A DNA stretch of 42,088 nucleotides. It comes from Anaerolinea thermophila (GTDB lineage Bacteria > Chloroflexota > Anaerolineae > Anaerolineales > Villigracilaceae). The notes under the pieces were generated by a model, which was not told the origin of the DNA, did not search any database, and saw nothing but the letters and a program-made list of their open reading frames with translations. Each line of letters opens with the position of its first letter. Within the stretch, counting starts at the first letter, position 1. Made by a program: the position numbers and the translations under genes. Shown here in pieces: positions 1 to 10,373 of the stretch. The stretch is from the NCBI GenBank assembly GCA_020722305.1, contig DYLB01000001.1, positions 1,668 through 43,755 of the forward strand. The letters run 5' to 3'.

Positions 1-246
1 CCTTCGTGTCCTTCGTGGATAAGAGTTTTTCCTTCGTGTCCTTCGTGGATAAGGGCTTTTCCTTCGTGTCCTTCGTGTCCTTCGTGGATAAGGGCTTTTC
101 CTTCGTGTCCTTCGTGTCCTTCGTGGATAAGAGTTTTTCCTTCGTGTCCTTCGTGGATAAGGGTTTTTCCTTCGTGTCCTTCGTGTCCTTCGTGGATAAG
201 GGCTTTTCCTTCGTGTCCTTCGTGTCCTTCGTGGATAAGGGTTTTC
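1..246. repeat. Seven tandem units of 30 or 39 nt: (CCTTCGTGT)1-2 + CCTTCGTGGATAAGRGYTTTT
   Basis: Direct reading gives unit boundaries at 1, 31, 61, 100, 139, 169 and 208. The array lies in frame inside the ThyX-like minus-strand ORF and encodes (GK[T/A]LIHE(GHE)1-2)n. Confidence 0.95.
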
Positions 247-971
247 CCCGTTTCAACCAGATACTCCATCGCCTCGGCGTACTTGACCAGGGTCGGCACC
301 TCGTTTTGGGCCTCGCGCTTGATCTCCGCGCCGATCTGGCGGATCTCGGCCAGCGGGTGCGAGAGCATCTTGCGGATGGCATTTTCCAGCACCCGGGCGT
401 TGGCCGTCATGCCGACGTTGGCGTTGGCCGCCGCAGGCAGGAGGAAGCGGCACGAATCTACGTACTGCGAGCGAACGCGGCGGTCCCAGGCTGCGTCGCT
501 TTCGTTGGGGCGGCGCGGCACCTGTGACTCGATCAGCGCCCGCACCGGAGCCAGCGACTCGGCGTAAGCCTGGAAGAGCCTCTGCACCGTGCGGACGAAC
601 TCGTCCTTGAGCGGGTGGCCGTCCAGTTCGGGCGGGAGGGTGAAATCGTCCGGCCCCCATTTCTGGTAGCGGGTGGATTTTTCAGTGTAGGAGGCCAGGC
701 GGTTGCCCTCGATGGCTTCCATGGCGATCCGGGAGGCGTTTTCGATGGCGAGATGCAGGACGGCGTGTTCGGCCACGGAAGCATGTCCATAGCCGACCAC
801 CCACTTCTCGTGGAACTGAGCGCTTTTCTCGTCGCTCAGTTCGGCCGCGATGTCGCGGAATGAATCCGGGAAGCGGGAGGTCTTGGCGAAAGCGACGGCG
901 ATGGTTTCGGGGCTGAGGGATTTGGGGGAAAGCAAATACACTTCACGGGAGGGCATGCCGGCGGTCTCCAT
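1..971 (-). CDS. thyX: ThyX-like (flavin-dependent thymidylate synthase family) protein, N-terminal part; ORF runs off the left edge of the window
   Basis: Hand translation of the minus strand from the ATG at 971: METAGMPSREVYLLSPK...KWVVGYGHASVAEHAVLHLAIENASRIAMEAIEGNRLASYTEKSTRY... It has the GHxSVxEH block and a degenerate RHRxxSxxxxSxRY signature (GNRLASYTEKSTRY). There is no in-frame stop down to base 1, which is why it is missing from the supplied ORF track. Confidence 0.7.
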   Translation of the reverse strand, partial: METAGMPSREVYLLSPKSLSPETIAVAFAKTSRFPDSFRDIAAELSDEKSAQFHEKWVVGYGHASVAEHAVLHLAIENASRIAMEAIEGNRLASYTEKSTRYQKWGPDDFTLPPELDGHPLKDEFVRTVQRLFQAYAESLAPVRALIESQVPRRPNESDAAWDRRVRSQYVDSCRFLLPAAANANVGMTANARVLENAIRKMLSHPLAEIRQIGAEIKREAQNEVPTLVKYAEAMEYLVETGKTLIHEGHEGHEGKALIHEGHEGHEGKTLIHEGHEGKTLIHEGHEGHEGKALIHEGHEGHEGKALIHEGHEGKTLIHEGHE

Positions 972-1155
972 CTCTTTTTTTTACCACAAATAACTCCACC
1001 GCAAAAAGTCGCTTTTAACGCAAAGACGCTAAGGCGCAAAGAAAATTAGCAGATTCAAACGATGGCTGAATGGTTACAGGAAGCCTTCGGGACGGTGCGT
1101 ATGCGTTGGGAGCGGTTACAAAAACTGTGAAGGCTTCGGCCCTTCGCAGCGGCTT

Positions 1156-2079
1156 TCAGGCTTTCAGCAGGCTGCGGGCTTCGAGGATGTCATCCTGGAT
1201 CTGGGCGATCAGCAGGCCGACGGAGCTGAATCGCATCTCATCCCTCAGACGGGCGACGAATTCGAGTTTGATCTCACGGTCGTAAAGTTCCTGGCTAAAA
1301 TCGAGCAGGTGAGTCTCGATGTTGGGCGTCTCCTGGTCGGGGGTGAAGGTCGGGCGGATGCCGATGTTGGTCACGGCCGGGTGGCGCTCGTCGCCGACCC
1401 AGGCCCAGCAGGCATAGACCCCGTTGGCCGGGACGACCTTGCGCTCCGGGAAGGCAATGTTGGCGGTCGGGATGTTGATCTTCTTGCCGCGCCCATCGCC
1501 GTGAACGACGGGTCCGCTGACAGCGTAGAACCGGCCCAGGGCTTCGGCGGCCTCGCCCACTTGTCCCGCCATGAGCCGTTGGCGGATGAAGCTGGAGGAG
1601 ATGATCCCTTTTTGGCCGGAAACGGCCGGGAGGGCGCGGACTTCGTAGTCCAATTCCTTGCCCAGCGCGCTCAGGCGGTAATAGTCGCCTTCACGGTTGT
1701 GGCCGAGGGCGAAATCGTAGCCGACCAGCAGGTGGCGCAGCCCCAGCCGTTCTTTGAGATATTTCATGAAGTCGGCGGCGCGGGTTTCGGCCAGGGAGCG
1801 GGTGAAGGTCTCGGTGATGACCACGTCCACGCCCAGGGCGACGAGCAGTTCGGCCCGCTCGTCGGGGGTGGTCAGGCAGCGGATTTCCCTGCGCCCCAGC
1901 ACTTCAGCCGGGTGCGGGTGGAAGGAAAGCACAACAGCAGGCGCACCGGCCTGCCGCGCACCTGCCACGAGCAATTGGATGATCTCCTGGTGCCCCCGAT
2001 GGACGCCGTCGAAGACGCCGATCGTCAGCCAGGAATTTTCGATCTGGATGGCTTCGAGGGATCGGTAATGGGGGAACAT
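1156..2079 (-). CDS. ribF: Bifunctional riboflavin kinase / FMN adenylyltransferase
   Basis: 307 aa. The N-terminus reads TIGVFDGVHRGHQ (nucleotidyltransferase motif) and the C-terminal riboflavin kinase part contains PTANI. It lies downstream of truB, as in many bacteria. Confidence 0.93.
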   Translation of the reverse strand: MFPHYRSLEAIQIENSWLTIGVFDGVHRGHQEIIQLLVAGARQAGAPAVVLSFHPHPAEVLGRREIRCLTTPDERAELLVALGVDVVITETFTRSLAETRAADFMKYLKERLGLRHLLVGYDFALGHNREGDYYRLSALGKELDYEVRALPAVSGQKGIISSSFIRQRLMAGQVGEAAEALGRFYAVSGPVVHGDGRGKKINIPTANIAFPERKVVPANGVYACWAWVGDERHPAVTNIGIRPTFTPDQETPNIETHLLDFSQELYDREIKLEFVARLRDEMRFSSVGLLIAQIQDDILEARSLLKA

Positions 2080-2085
2080 TCAGCC

Positions 2086-3015
2086 CTAATCGGACGTGAA
2101 GAACACTTTCCTGGGCTGCCACTCCGGGCTGCCGTCTTCTTCGTTCTCGACCCGCTGCATCAGGGCCACCAGTTCACCGGCCATGCTGACGCCGCGCACC
2201 AGGTCGCCGGATTTGGTGGCCGGATCGGCCTTGGCCCGGTGCCCGTGACGGACTTCCTCGACCTCGTCGGGATTCAGTTCCACCGCGGGCCAATCGCCGA
2301 GCGCCTCGGCAGCCGGGATAAGGTACTGATACCAGTTCCCGGCGCGGAACGCATCCTGGAGTCTCCTCAGCGGGACGGCATCCCGCAGGGTGAAGCGCCC
2401 GCTCTTGGTGCGGCGCAAGCCGACCAGGTACGCGCCGCAGCCCAACTGGTTGCCCAGGTCGTTGGCCAGCGAGCGGACGTATGTGCCGGACGAGCAATGC
2501 ACATCCACGACCACCTCGGGAGGCGCCCATTCGAGCACTTCGAGGTGGTACACGTCAATGATGCGCGGTTCGAGTTCTACTTCCTCGCCCTGGCGGGCCA
2601 TTTCGTAGGCTTTGCGTCCCTTGACTTTGACCGCCGAATACGGCGGCGGGACCTGTTCGATCTGGCCTTCGAAGGTCTTCAGCACCTTCTCGAATTCTTC
2701 CTCGGTCACGTTGACTGGCTCGTCCGAGCGGGTGAAACTTCCTTCGGCGTCGTAGGTGTCCGTCGAACCGCCCAGGCGGATGATTGCCTGGTAGCGCTTG
2801 TCGGAGGCCGAAACGTACTCGCTCAAGCGCACCGCAGGCCCAATCAGGATGACCAGCACGCCCGAGGCGCGCGGGTCGAGGGTCCCGGTATGGCCGGCGC
2901 GGCGGATACCGGTCCCGATACGAACCGCCTGGACGACATCGTGGGAAGTCATACCGACAGGCTTGTCTATGACCAATACCCCCGAAATTGCATTCTTGAT
3001 ATCTTGACTACTCAT
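2086..3015 (-). CDS. truB: tRNA pseudouridine(55) synthase
   Basis: 309 aa with VLVIDKPVGMTSHDVV and GHTGTLDPRASGVL (catalytic Asp motif). Confidence 0.95.
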   Translation of the reverse strand: MSSQDIKNAISGVLVIDKPVGMTSHDVVQAVRIGTGIRRAGHTGTLDPRASGVLVILIGPAVRLSEYVSASDKRYQAIIRLGGSTDTYDAEGSFTRSDEPVNVTEEEFEKVLKTFEGQIEQVPPPYSAVKVKGRKAYEMARQGEEVELEPRIIDVYHLEVLEWAPPEVVVDVHCSSGTYVRSLANDLGNQLGCGAYLVGLRRTKSGRFTLRDAVPLRRLQDAFRAGNWYQYLIPAAEALGDWPAVELNPDEVEEVRHGHRAKADPATKSGDLVRGVSMAGELVALMQRVENEEDGSPEWQPRKVFFTSD

Positions 3016-3070
3016 TTGTTAAATTCCTCCTCGGAAATTTTGGAGATTTGCAGCCACTACTTTCATAATC

Positions 3071-4030
3071 TTAACCCAACTTGAGCATGTTCTGGGTCGT
3101 TCGCAAGACCAAAGGCTGGATCTCTTCCAGCTTGCCGGGAATGTCCGCTCCGGCCGCGGCCCGGTGGCCTCCGCCGCCAAAATGACTCGCCACCTGGGAG
3201 ACGTCCACCCCGGAGTCGAGGGCGCGCCACGAGACCTTGACGCTGCCGCCCTCCTGCTCGACGAAAACCATGCCGACCGTGCAGCAATCTATCGAAGAGA
3301 TGACGTTGATCAGGTCCGCGTCATCGCTGCGGGGATACCCGCTGGCACGCCGGTCCGAGAGCCGCAGCGTGCCCCAGACGATCCCGTCCGAGCGGTAGAG
3401 GCTGGAGAGTCCGGCCCCCCAGTAACGGGCGGCTTCGAAGGTGCGGCTGACCAGGGCGCGGCGGTACAGGGCGGGCATGTCAATCCCGGTCTCCATCAAG
3501 ACGGCCATCTGGCGCATGGTCTCAGGCTGCATGTTGGAGGTGCGGAAGCCGAGCGTATCGGTGATGATGCCGGTCGCCAGCGCAGCCGCGACCGGAGGGG
3601 TGAGCGCGTAGCCCCAGGCGGGCAAGTGATCGGTGAGCATGGCGCAGGTGGCCACGGAGGCCGGCTCGACCAGGTTCAGTTCGGCGAAAAGTTCGTTGGT
3701 GACGTGGTGGTCCACGTTGATGTGCGGTTTCCCGAACGGCTGCATGGCATCGCCGAGGCGTTTCAGGTCGGCGCTGTCCACCGTGATGAAGGTGTCGAAT
3801 TCGCCTGCGGGCCGCGTGCGGACCCTGTCGCTGCCGGGCAGGTGCATGAAGGACGGCGGCATACCGTCCACCAGCACCATCTGGACGGATTTGCCCGCAT
3901 TTTCGAGCGCCAGGCCGAATCCCAGCAATGACCCGATCGCGTCCCCGTCCGGGCGGACGTGGGAGGTGATAAGGACTTTATCTGACTTTTCGAGTCGCTG
4001 CTTGATCGCTTCGCTTATCTGGGTGTTCAT
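3071..4030 (-). CDS. nrnA: DHH/DHHA1 phosphoesterase, NrnA-like oligoribonuclease / pAp phosphatase
   Basis: 319 aa with HVRPDGDAIGS, NVDHHVTN (DHH motif) and a C-terminal GGGH (DHHA1). Its position between rbfA and truB matches the arrangement in actinobacteria. Confidence 0.88.
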   Translation of the reverse strand: MNTQISEAIKQRLEKSDKVLITSHVRPDGDAIGSLLGFGLALENAGKSVQMVLVDGMPPSFMHLPGSDRVRTRPAGEFDTFITVDSADLKRLGDAMQPFGKPHINVDHHVTNELFAELNLVEPASVATCAMLTDHLPAWGYALTPPVAAALATGIITDTLGFRTSNMQPETMRQMAVLMETGIDMPALYRRALVSRTFEAARYWGAGLSSLYRSDGIVWGTLRLSDRRASGYPRSDDADLINVISSIDCCTVGMVFVEQEGGSVKVSWRALDSGVDVSQVASHFGGGGHRAAAGADIPGKLEEIQPLVLRTTQNMLKLG

Positions 4031-4144
4031 TTATAAATATAATTTTGGCATTGTTTCGGGCGGGCTGCCCGGTCTTACCAAACAGGGTCACATTATATCC
4101 GTGAATCGTTTTTTTTGGTGACGGCCCACTCACGAAGGATGCAC

Positions 4145-4214
4145 TAAAAAGTTATTAGCGTCCCGTAGGTCACGCTTGAAGCGTGACCTACATCTGGAGG
4201 TGCATCACGCTAAT
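4145..4214 (-). terminator. Compound hairpin downstream of rbfA, a candidate intrinsic terminator
   Basis: The inner perfect 12-bp stem is GTAGGTCACGCT (4165-4176) / AGCGTGACCTAC (4180-4191). The outer 8-bp stem is ATTAGCGT (4154-4161) / ACGCTAAT (4207-4214). On the minus strand it is followed by AACTTTTTAG. Confidence 0.4.
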
Positions 4215-4225
4215 TCCCAATGAAC

Positions 4226-4585
4226 CTATTTCTTTTGTTCCTCGTCGCGGATGGAAGCCAGCAGCTTCTCGATGTGGTCGGCGTTTTCTGGGGTGGGGTC
4301 CCAGTGGAAGCGCAGGCGGGGGAAGACCCGCAGGTCCACGCGGCCGGCCAAGGTCCGGCGGATGAATCCGCTGGCGCTCTCCAACCCGGCGAGGATCTCC
4401 TCGGAGCGTTCCGCCCCTTCGACGGCAGAAACGTAGATGTTGGCGAACGCCAGTTCCCGGTCCACGCGCACGTCGGTCACATAGACCTGGTTCAGGCGCG
4501 GGTCGCTGATCTCGCGGATCAGCATCTCCGAGAGTTCCTGGCGGATTCGGTCGCCAATGCGTTGTAATCGTACTTGTGAAGGCAT
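4226..4585 (-). CDS. rbfA: Ribosome-binding factor A
   Basis: 119 aa containing RIGDRIRQELSEMLIREISDPRL...VTDVRVDRELAFANIYV. It sits immediately downstream of infB. Confidence 0.95.
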   Translation of the reverse strand: MPSQVRLQRIGDRIRQELSEMLIREISDPRLNQVYVTDVRVDRELAFANIYVSAVEGAERSEEILAGLESASGFIRRTLAGRVDLRVFPRLRFHWDPTPENADHIEKLLASIRDEEQKK

Positions 4586-4622
4586 AGTGTTATTGGAATG
4601 GGGCGTCCGAACGCCCCATCAG

Positions 4623-6401
<1,779 letters not shown>

Positions 6402-6488
6402 ATGGACCTCCTACATTGAAAGTGACGCTTCCCTAAGCGATGAGATGCCTGCCCTCTGAGCGATTGCGGTCAAAAGATCACATCATGC

Positions 6489-6833
6489 TCATGCCTCTTC
6501 AGCAGCTTCTTCGGGCAGGGTTGCCATGAAATCGGACAGCAACTGCCGGTCGGCCTCTGACAGGGTTACTTTGAGGGCGTTCGCCAGCCCGCCCTTGAGG
6601 GCGCGCTCCCAACAGGAACGGACATTGTGCAGATAAGCCCCCCGTCCCGGCAGTTTTCCCGTCGGGTCAATCTGCACGCCATCCGGCTGGCGCACTACAC
6701 GCGTCAAGGCGCGCTTGGGAAGCACTGTGCGGCAGCCCACGCAGGTCCGCTGAGGGATGTGTTTCACGCGTTTGGCAGGTTTGGCAGACACCTGAATCAC
6801 TTGGGGCGGAAAATTACCATTCTTCCCAATCAT
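6489..6833 (-). CDS. ylxR: YlxR/RnpM family (DUF448) RNA-binding protein; start uncertain
   Basis: It contains the conserved core [20 protein letters not shown]...GRGAYLH and lies between nusA and infB. The listed ORF (to 6998) overlaps nusA. Candidate starts are the ATG at 6833 and the GTGs at 6800 and 6791. Confidence 0.85.
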   Translation of the reverse strand: MIGKNGNFPPQVIQVSAKPAKRVKHIPQRTCVGCRTVLPKRALTRVVRQPDGVQIDPTGKLPGRGAYLHNVRSCWERALKGGLANALKVTLSEADRQLLSDFMATLPEEAAEEA

Positions 6834-8712
6834 CGCCGCTACCACGCTTGCGTTTCTTGCGCGAGATAACTTCATCGAGATCGGGATCATATTCCAACTC
6901 AACGTTCTTCTTCTTCTTCTTGCTCTTCTTCTTGCCGGCTTCGTCCTCTTCTTCATCTTCACTGGCCGGCTGGGCAGCTTCGGTTTGGACGACAGCAAAC
7001 ATTTCTTCGAGCGACAGGTCGCGTTCCGGTTCCTCTTCGGTCCCGTCCCGGACTTTCATCGGCGCTTCTTTCTGGACCTCGGGCTGGGCTTCCGCTTCCC
7101 CGGCGGGGACCTCCGCCTCGGCTTCGACCGCGGCCGGCACGGCGGTCGCCTCTTCCGTTACAGCGGCGGGAATGGCCGTCTCGACTTCCGCGACCGGCTC
7201 AGGTTCCGGTTCGGGGAAGGTCAATTGGGCCAGGGCTTCTTCGATGGCCGTGAGCGACTTGGGGCCGACACCCGGCAATCCTAAAACCTTGTCGGGGGCG
7301 AGCTTCATCGTCAACATCAGGTCGCCAACCGTCGTGATTTCGGCTTCGGTGATAATGTTGATTAGATGTTCCTTGAGCGGCAGGTCGTACATCGAAGTTT
7401 CGAAAGCCGCCGCCGGAACCTCGGCTCGGATGCCCGCCAGGCGTTCTTCTTCCTGGCGCTGTTCGTCTTCCTGCCTTTGGATCGTGCGCCGCTCGACGCG
7501 GTCCACGAACTGGAGCATGGCCGAATATTCTTCGGGGCTGATGGCCCGGCCCTCGGCTTTCTTAGCCAGGATGGCCTCGATATCCGGGGCAGTTTCGACC
7601 ACGCCGGGGATCATCGCGGCCAGTTCGCTGTCGGTCTGCAATTTGTTGAGCGCGTCTCCGGCCGCTTCGGCCAGGCTCTTGATGTCGATCCGCCAACCGG
7701 TCAGTTTGGCGGCCAGGCGCGCGTTCTGCCCGTCCCGCCCAATCGCCAGCGACAATTGGTCTTCGGTCACCACCACCGTGGCGGTCTTGCCGTTCTCCCC
7801 GGCATCCGACAGGTAGACGCCGGAGACGCGCGCCGGGCTGATCGCCTTGGAGATGTAAATCACCGGGTCGGGATTCCATTCGATGATGTCAATCTTCTCA
7901 TCGTGCAATTCCTTGACGATGGCCTGGATGCGCACGCCCTTGATCCCCACGCAGGCTCCCACCGGGTCCACGCCCGCCTGGGTGGCCGAGACAGCCACTT
8001 TGGCGCGGTGCCCCGGTTCACGCGCAATCGCCCGGACCTCGACGATCCCGTGATAGATTTCGGGTACTTCGTTTTCGAGCAGGCGGCGCAGGAAATTACG
8101 GTGCGCCCGCGAAAGGATGATCTGCGGGCCGCGCGGCGCGTCTTTCACTTCCATGATGATCGCCCGCACCCGGTCGTGGACGCGGAAGCGTTCGTTGGCG
8201 ATCTTCTGGTTGTTGGGCATCACGCCCTCGGCCTTCATATCCAGGCCGATGGTCACGCCCTGGTTATTGACCGCCTGCACCACGCCGCTGACGATCTCAC
8301 CGATCTGGCGCTGGAAATACTCCAACTGCATGTTGCGCTCCGCCTCGCGGATGCGCTGCTGGATCACCTGGCGCGCCGTTTGGGCGGCCACGCGCCCGAA
8401 ATCTTCAGGGGTCGACTCGACGACCACCATGTCGCTGAGCTGGCAATCCGGGTCAACCTTGCGGGCTACCTCCAACAGCACCTCCGTCTCCGGGTTTTGG
8501 ACATCCTCCACCACTTCTTTCTCGACGAAGATGTTCACCTTGCCCGTATCAGGGTCAACTTTGGCTTCCACGTGCTGGGCAGACGAGGCATTCACCGCCC
8601 GCCGGTAAGCCGACACCATAGCCGACTCGATCGCACTCAGGATAATATCCTTGGGCAATTGTTTTTCTTCCAGCACTTCGTTGAACGCCAGGACAAACTC
8701 GTTCTTTGACAT
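6814..8712 (-). CDS. nusA: Transcription termination/antitermination factor NusA with a long acidic/lysine-rich C-terminal tail
   Basis: 632 aa. It has the N-terminal NusA domain, S1 and two KH regions ([41 protein letters not shown]), then an HhH-like segment and a low-complexity tail. Confidence 0.96.
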   Translation of the reverse strand: MSKNEFVLAFNEVLEEKQLPKDIILSAIESAMVSAYRRAVNASSAQHVEAKVDPDTGKVNIFVEKEVVEDVQNPETEVLLEVARKVDPDCQLSDMVVVESTPEDFGRVAAQTARQVIQQRIREAERNMQLEYFQRQIGEIVSGVVQAVNNQGVTIGLDMKAEGVMPNNQKIANERFRVHDRVRAIIMEVKDAPRGPQIILSRAHRNFLRRLLENEVPEIYHGIVEVRAIAREPGHRAKVAVSATQAGVDPVGACVGIKGVRIQAIVKELHDEKIDIIEWNPDPVIYISKAISPARVSGVYLSDAGENGKTATVVVTEDQLSLAIGRDGQNARLAAKLTGWRIDIKSLAEAAGDALNKLQTDSELAAMIPGVVETAPDIEAILAKKAEGRAISPEEYSAMLQFVDRVERRTIQRQEDEQRQEEERLAGIRAEVPAAAFETSMYDLPLKEHLINIITEAEITTVGDLMLTMKLAPDKVLGLPGVGPKSLTAIEEALAQLTFPEPEPEPVAEVETAIPAAVTEEATAVPAAVEAEAEVPAGEAEAQPEVQKEAPMKVRDGTEEEPERDLSLEEMFAVVQTEAAQPASEDEEEDEAGKKKSKKKKKNVELEYDPDLDEVISRKKRKRGSGDDWEEW

Positions 8713-8746
8713 CCTTTTACCTATCCTGTTATGCAGTTACAAGCAG

Positions 8747-8769
8747 AAAAGTGGGGGTTGCCCACTTTT
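8747..8769 (-). promoter_or_regulatory. Terminator-like hairpin in the nusA leader, a candidate attenuator
   Basis: The stem is a perfect 9 bp, AAAAGTGGG / CCCACTTTT, with a 5-nt loop. It lies 35 nt upstream of the nusA ATG and downstream of the predicted promoter. Confidence 0.45.
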
Positions 8770-8797
8770 CGATGCTTTCCGTATTGGTCTGAGCGTG

Positions 8798-8826
8798 ATT
8801 CTAGCATAGAACTTTTACTGCGGCAA
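8798..8826 (-). promoter_or_regulatory. Candidate sigma70-type promoter of the nusA operon
   Basis: The minus strand reads TTGCCG, a 17-nt spacer ending in TGC (extended -10), then TAGAAT. Confidence 0.5.
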
Positions 8827-8853
8827 GGGAATTTACAGATATAATTGCGCCCT

Positions 8854-9555
8854 ATGTCGAACCCTCTCGAATTCTCCGGTGCGGAACGCGCCAGCAAAGT
8901 GCAGGGGCTGTTTACCCGTATCGCCCACCGTTACGACTTGATGAACCGGATCATGACCGCCGGACAGGACATCCGCTGGCGGCGGGACGTAATCCAACGC
9001 GCCAGGCTCACCCCCGGCGCCCGCCTGCTGGACCTGGGGGCGGGCACCGGTGATTTGACCTTCGAGGCCCTGCGGCAGGTCCCGTCAACCCGCCCGGCCG
9101 CGGCCGATTTCACCCTCGAGATGATGCGCGTCGGGCAGAAGCGCGGCCAGCTCAACTGGGCCGCTGCGGATGCGTTCAACTTGCCCTTCCCCTCCGCGAC
9201 CTTCGACGCGGCTGTCTCCGGCTTCCTGATGCGCAACGTCACCGACGTACAGCAGGCGCTCAAGGAGCAATACCGCACCCTCAAGCCCGGCGGCCGGATC
9301 GTTATCCTCGACACCACCCGCCCCCAAAAGAACCTGCTCTCGCCCTTCATCTGGGTCCACCTGCACCTCATCATCCCCCTGCTGGGACGCCTGATCGCCG
9401 GCGCGCCCGAAGCTTATACCTACCTGCCCGATTCTACCGAGGGCTTCCTGCGGGCCGAAGAGCTGGCTGCCCGCATGGCCGCGGCCGGGTTCAAGAAGAT
9501 TGGCTTCAAACGGCTGATGTTCGGCACCATCGCCATCCATTGGGGAGAGAAATGA
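8854..9555 (+). CDS. ubiE: Demethylmenaquinone/ubiquinone methyltransferase (UbiE/MenG family)
   Basis: The sequence has VQGLFTRIAHRYDLMNRIMTAGQDIRWRR and the SAM motif LLDLGAGTGD. The track start is a TTG at 8845. The ATG at 8854 lies 8 nt after a TATAAT (8840-8845), so the transcript may be leaderless. Confidence 0.88.
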   Translation: MSNPLEFSGAERASKVQGLFTRIAHRYDLMNRIMTAGQDIRWRRDVIQRARLTPGARLLDLGAGTGDLTFEALRQVPSTRPAAADFTLEMMRVGQKRGQLNWAAADAFNLPFPSATFDAAVSGFLMRNVTDVQQALKEQYRTLKPGGRIVILDTTRPQKNLLSPFIWVHLHLIIPLLGRLIAGAPEAYTYLPDSTEGFLRAEELAARMAAAGFKKIGFKRLMFGTIAIHWGEK

Positions 9556-10286
9556 TCGGGAGGGACATGGACAAGGCCGCCCTGCGCGGCGAACCGTCTT
9601 ACGTTTGGCGAGCCGGGCAGGAGCGCCGCCTCGAAATGATCCTGCGCGCCGCGGGGGAACGCATCCGGGGGCGCATCCTCGAAAACGGCTGCGGCGTGGG
9701 CATGTACGTGGAACATCTGGCGCCTTTTGGCGGGGAAATCGTCGGCATGGAATATGACTGGGAACGCGCCGCAGAGGCCGGGTCCCGTTCGCCGCGCATT
9801 CTCAACGCCGCGGGCGAATCCCTCCCGTTCCCATCCGGGACGTTCGACCTGATCCTGAGTCACGAAGTCCTCGAACACGTCCAGGACGACGCCCAGGCCG
9901 TGCAGGAGATGGTGCGCGTGCTGCGTCCTGGCGGGCGGGCGGTGGTCTTCGTCCCCAACCGGGGCTACCCGTTCGAGACGCATGGCATCTACTGGCGCGG
10001 GAAATACCGCTTCGGCAACATTCCGCTGGTCAATTACCTGCCGCGCCGCTGGCGGAACCGGCTGGCTCCGCACGTGCGCGTCTATTCGAGGCCTGACCTG
10101 GACGACTTGTTCGCAGGCCTGCCGGTCAGAATTGTCGAGCGCAAGATCGTCTTTGGCGCTTACGACAATCTCATCGCTCGTTTCGGGATTTTGGGACGCG
10201 GGCTGCGAGGAGGATTGCAATTTTTGGAGAGAACCCCGCTCGAAATTTTTGGATTATCACATTTTTGGGTGGTCGAGAAGGTCTGA
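9552..10286 (+). CDS. Class I SAM-dependent methyltransferase
   Basis: The SAM-binding motif is ILENGCGVGMY and a Methyltransf_11-like core follows (LILSHEVLEHVQD). The ATG overlaps the ubiE stop as ATGA. Confidence 0.8.
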   Translation: MIGRDMDKAALRGEPSYVWRAGQERRLEMILRAAGERIRGRILENGCGVGMYVEHLAPFGGEIVGMEYDWERAAEAGSRSPRILNAAGESLPFPSGTFDLILSHEVLEHVQDDAQAVQEMVRVLRPGGRAVVFVPNRGYPFETHGIYWRGKYRFGNIPLVNYLPRRWRNRLAPHVRVYSRPDLDDLFAGLPVRIVERKIVFGAYDNLIARFGILGRGLRGGLQFLERTPLEIFGLSHFWVVEKV

Positions 10287-10320
10287 CGGGGCAAATTAAC
10301 CCAAACATCGTACTTTTTCG

Positions 10321-10340
10321 AGGGGTATTAATACCCCTTT
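10321..10340 (+). terminator. Perfect 18-nt palindrome AGGGGTATTAATACCCCT followed by TTT; either a weak terminator or an operator
   Basis: It would fold as a 7-bp stem with a TTAA loop followed by TTTAAT. It lies 35 nt after the methyltransferase stop and just upstream of a strong promoter. Confidence 0.4.
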
Positions 10341-10344
10341 AATC

Positions 10345-10373
10345 TTGAACCCGTCCTAAAGAGACACTATAAT
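10345..10373 (+). promoter_or_regulatory. Near-consensus sigma70 promoter for the 10486 gene
   Basis: TTGAAC (10345-10350), an exact 17-nt spacer, then TATAAT (10368-10373). A second TATAAT lies at 10380-10385. Confidence 0.55.

Noticed and set aside
1-246. A possible CRISPR array, given regular 30-39 nt periodicity
   Set aside because: There are no unique spacers. The whole tract is made of the same 9-mer and 21-mer words, the units are in frame within an ORF, and no cas genes are in the window.
6-527. The plus-strand ORF encoding the repetitive peptide SFVSFVDKGF...
   Set aside because: It is open only because the tandem array lacks stops in several frames. After the array it runs antisense through well-conserved ThyX-like coding sequence, and it has no RBS. 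The minus-strand ThyX-like frame explains the region.
972-1155. A possible small RNA or tRNA in the spacer between thyX and ribF
   Set aside because: It has only a weak 5-bp GAAGG/CCTTC hairpin and A/T-rich promoter-like sequence, with no cloverleaf or conserved RNA motif discernible by eye.
1309-3084. A 591-aa plus-strand ORF. The same pattern applies to 4557-6419, 7366-8709, 12425-14185, 15270-16355, 13443-14459 and 34060-35793.
   Set aside because: These are long shadow ORFs antisense to clearly identified conserved genes (ribF/truB, infB, nusA, ugd, panB, GT4, GT117). Their products are Arg/Gly/Asp/His-rich low-complexity sequences, as expected for GC-rich antisense frames.
4031-4225. 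A possible mobile-element end or attachment site at the nested inverted repeat
   Set aside because: There are no flanking direct repeats, integrase or transposase. Its position and the adjacent T-run fit a terminator or REP-like hairpin between rbfA and nrnA.
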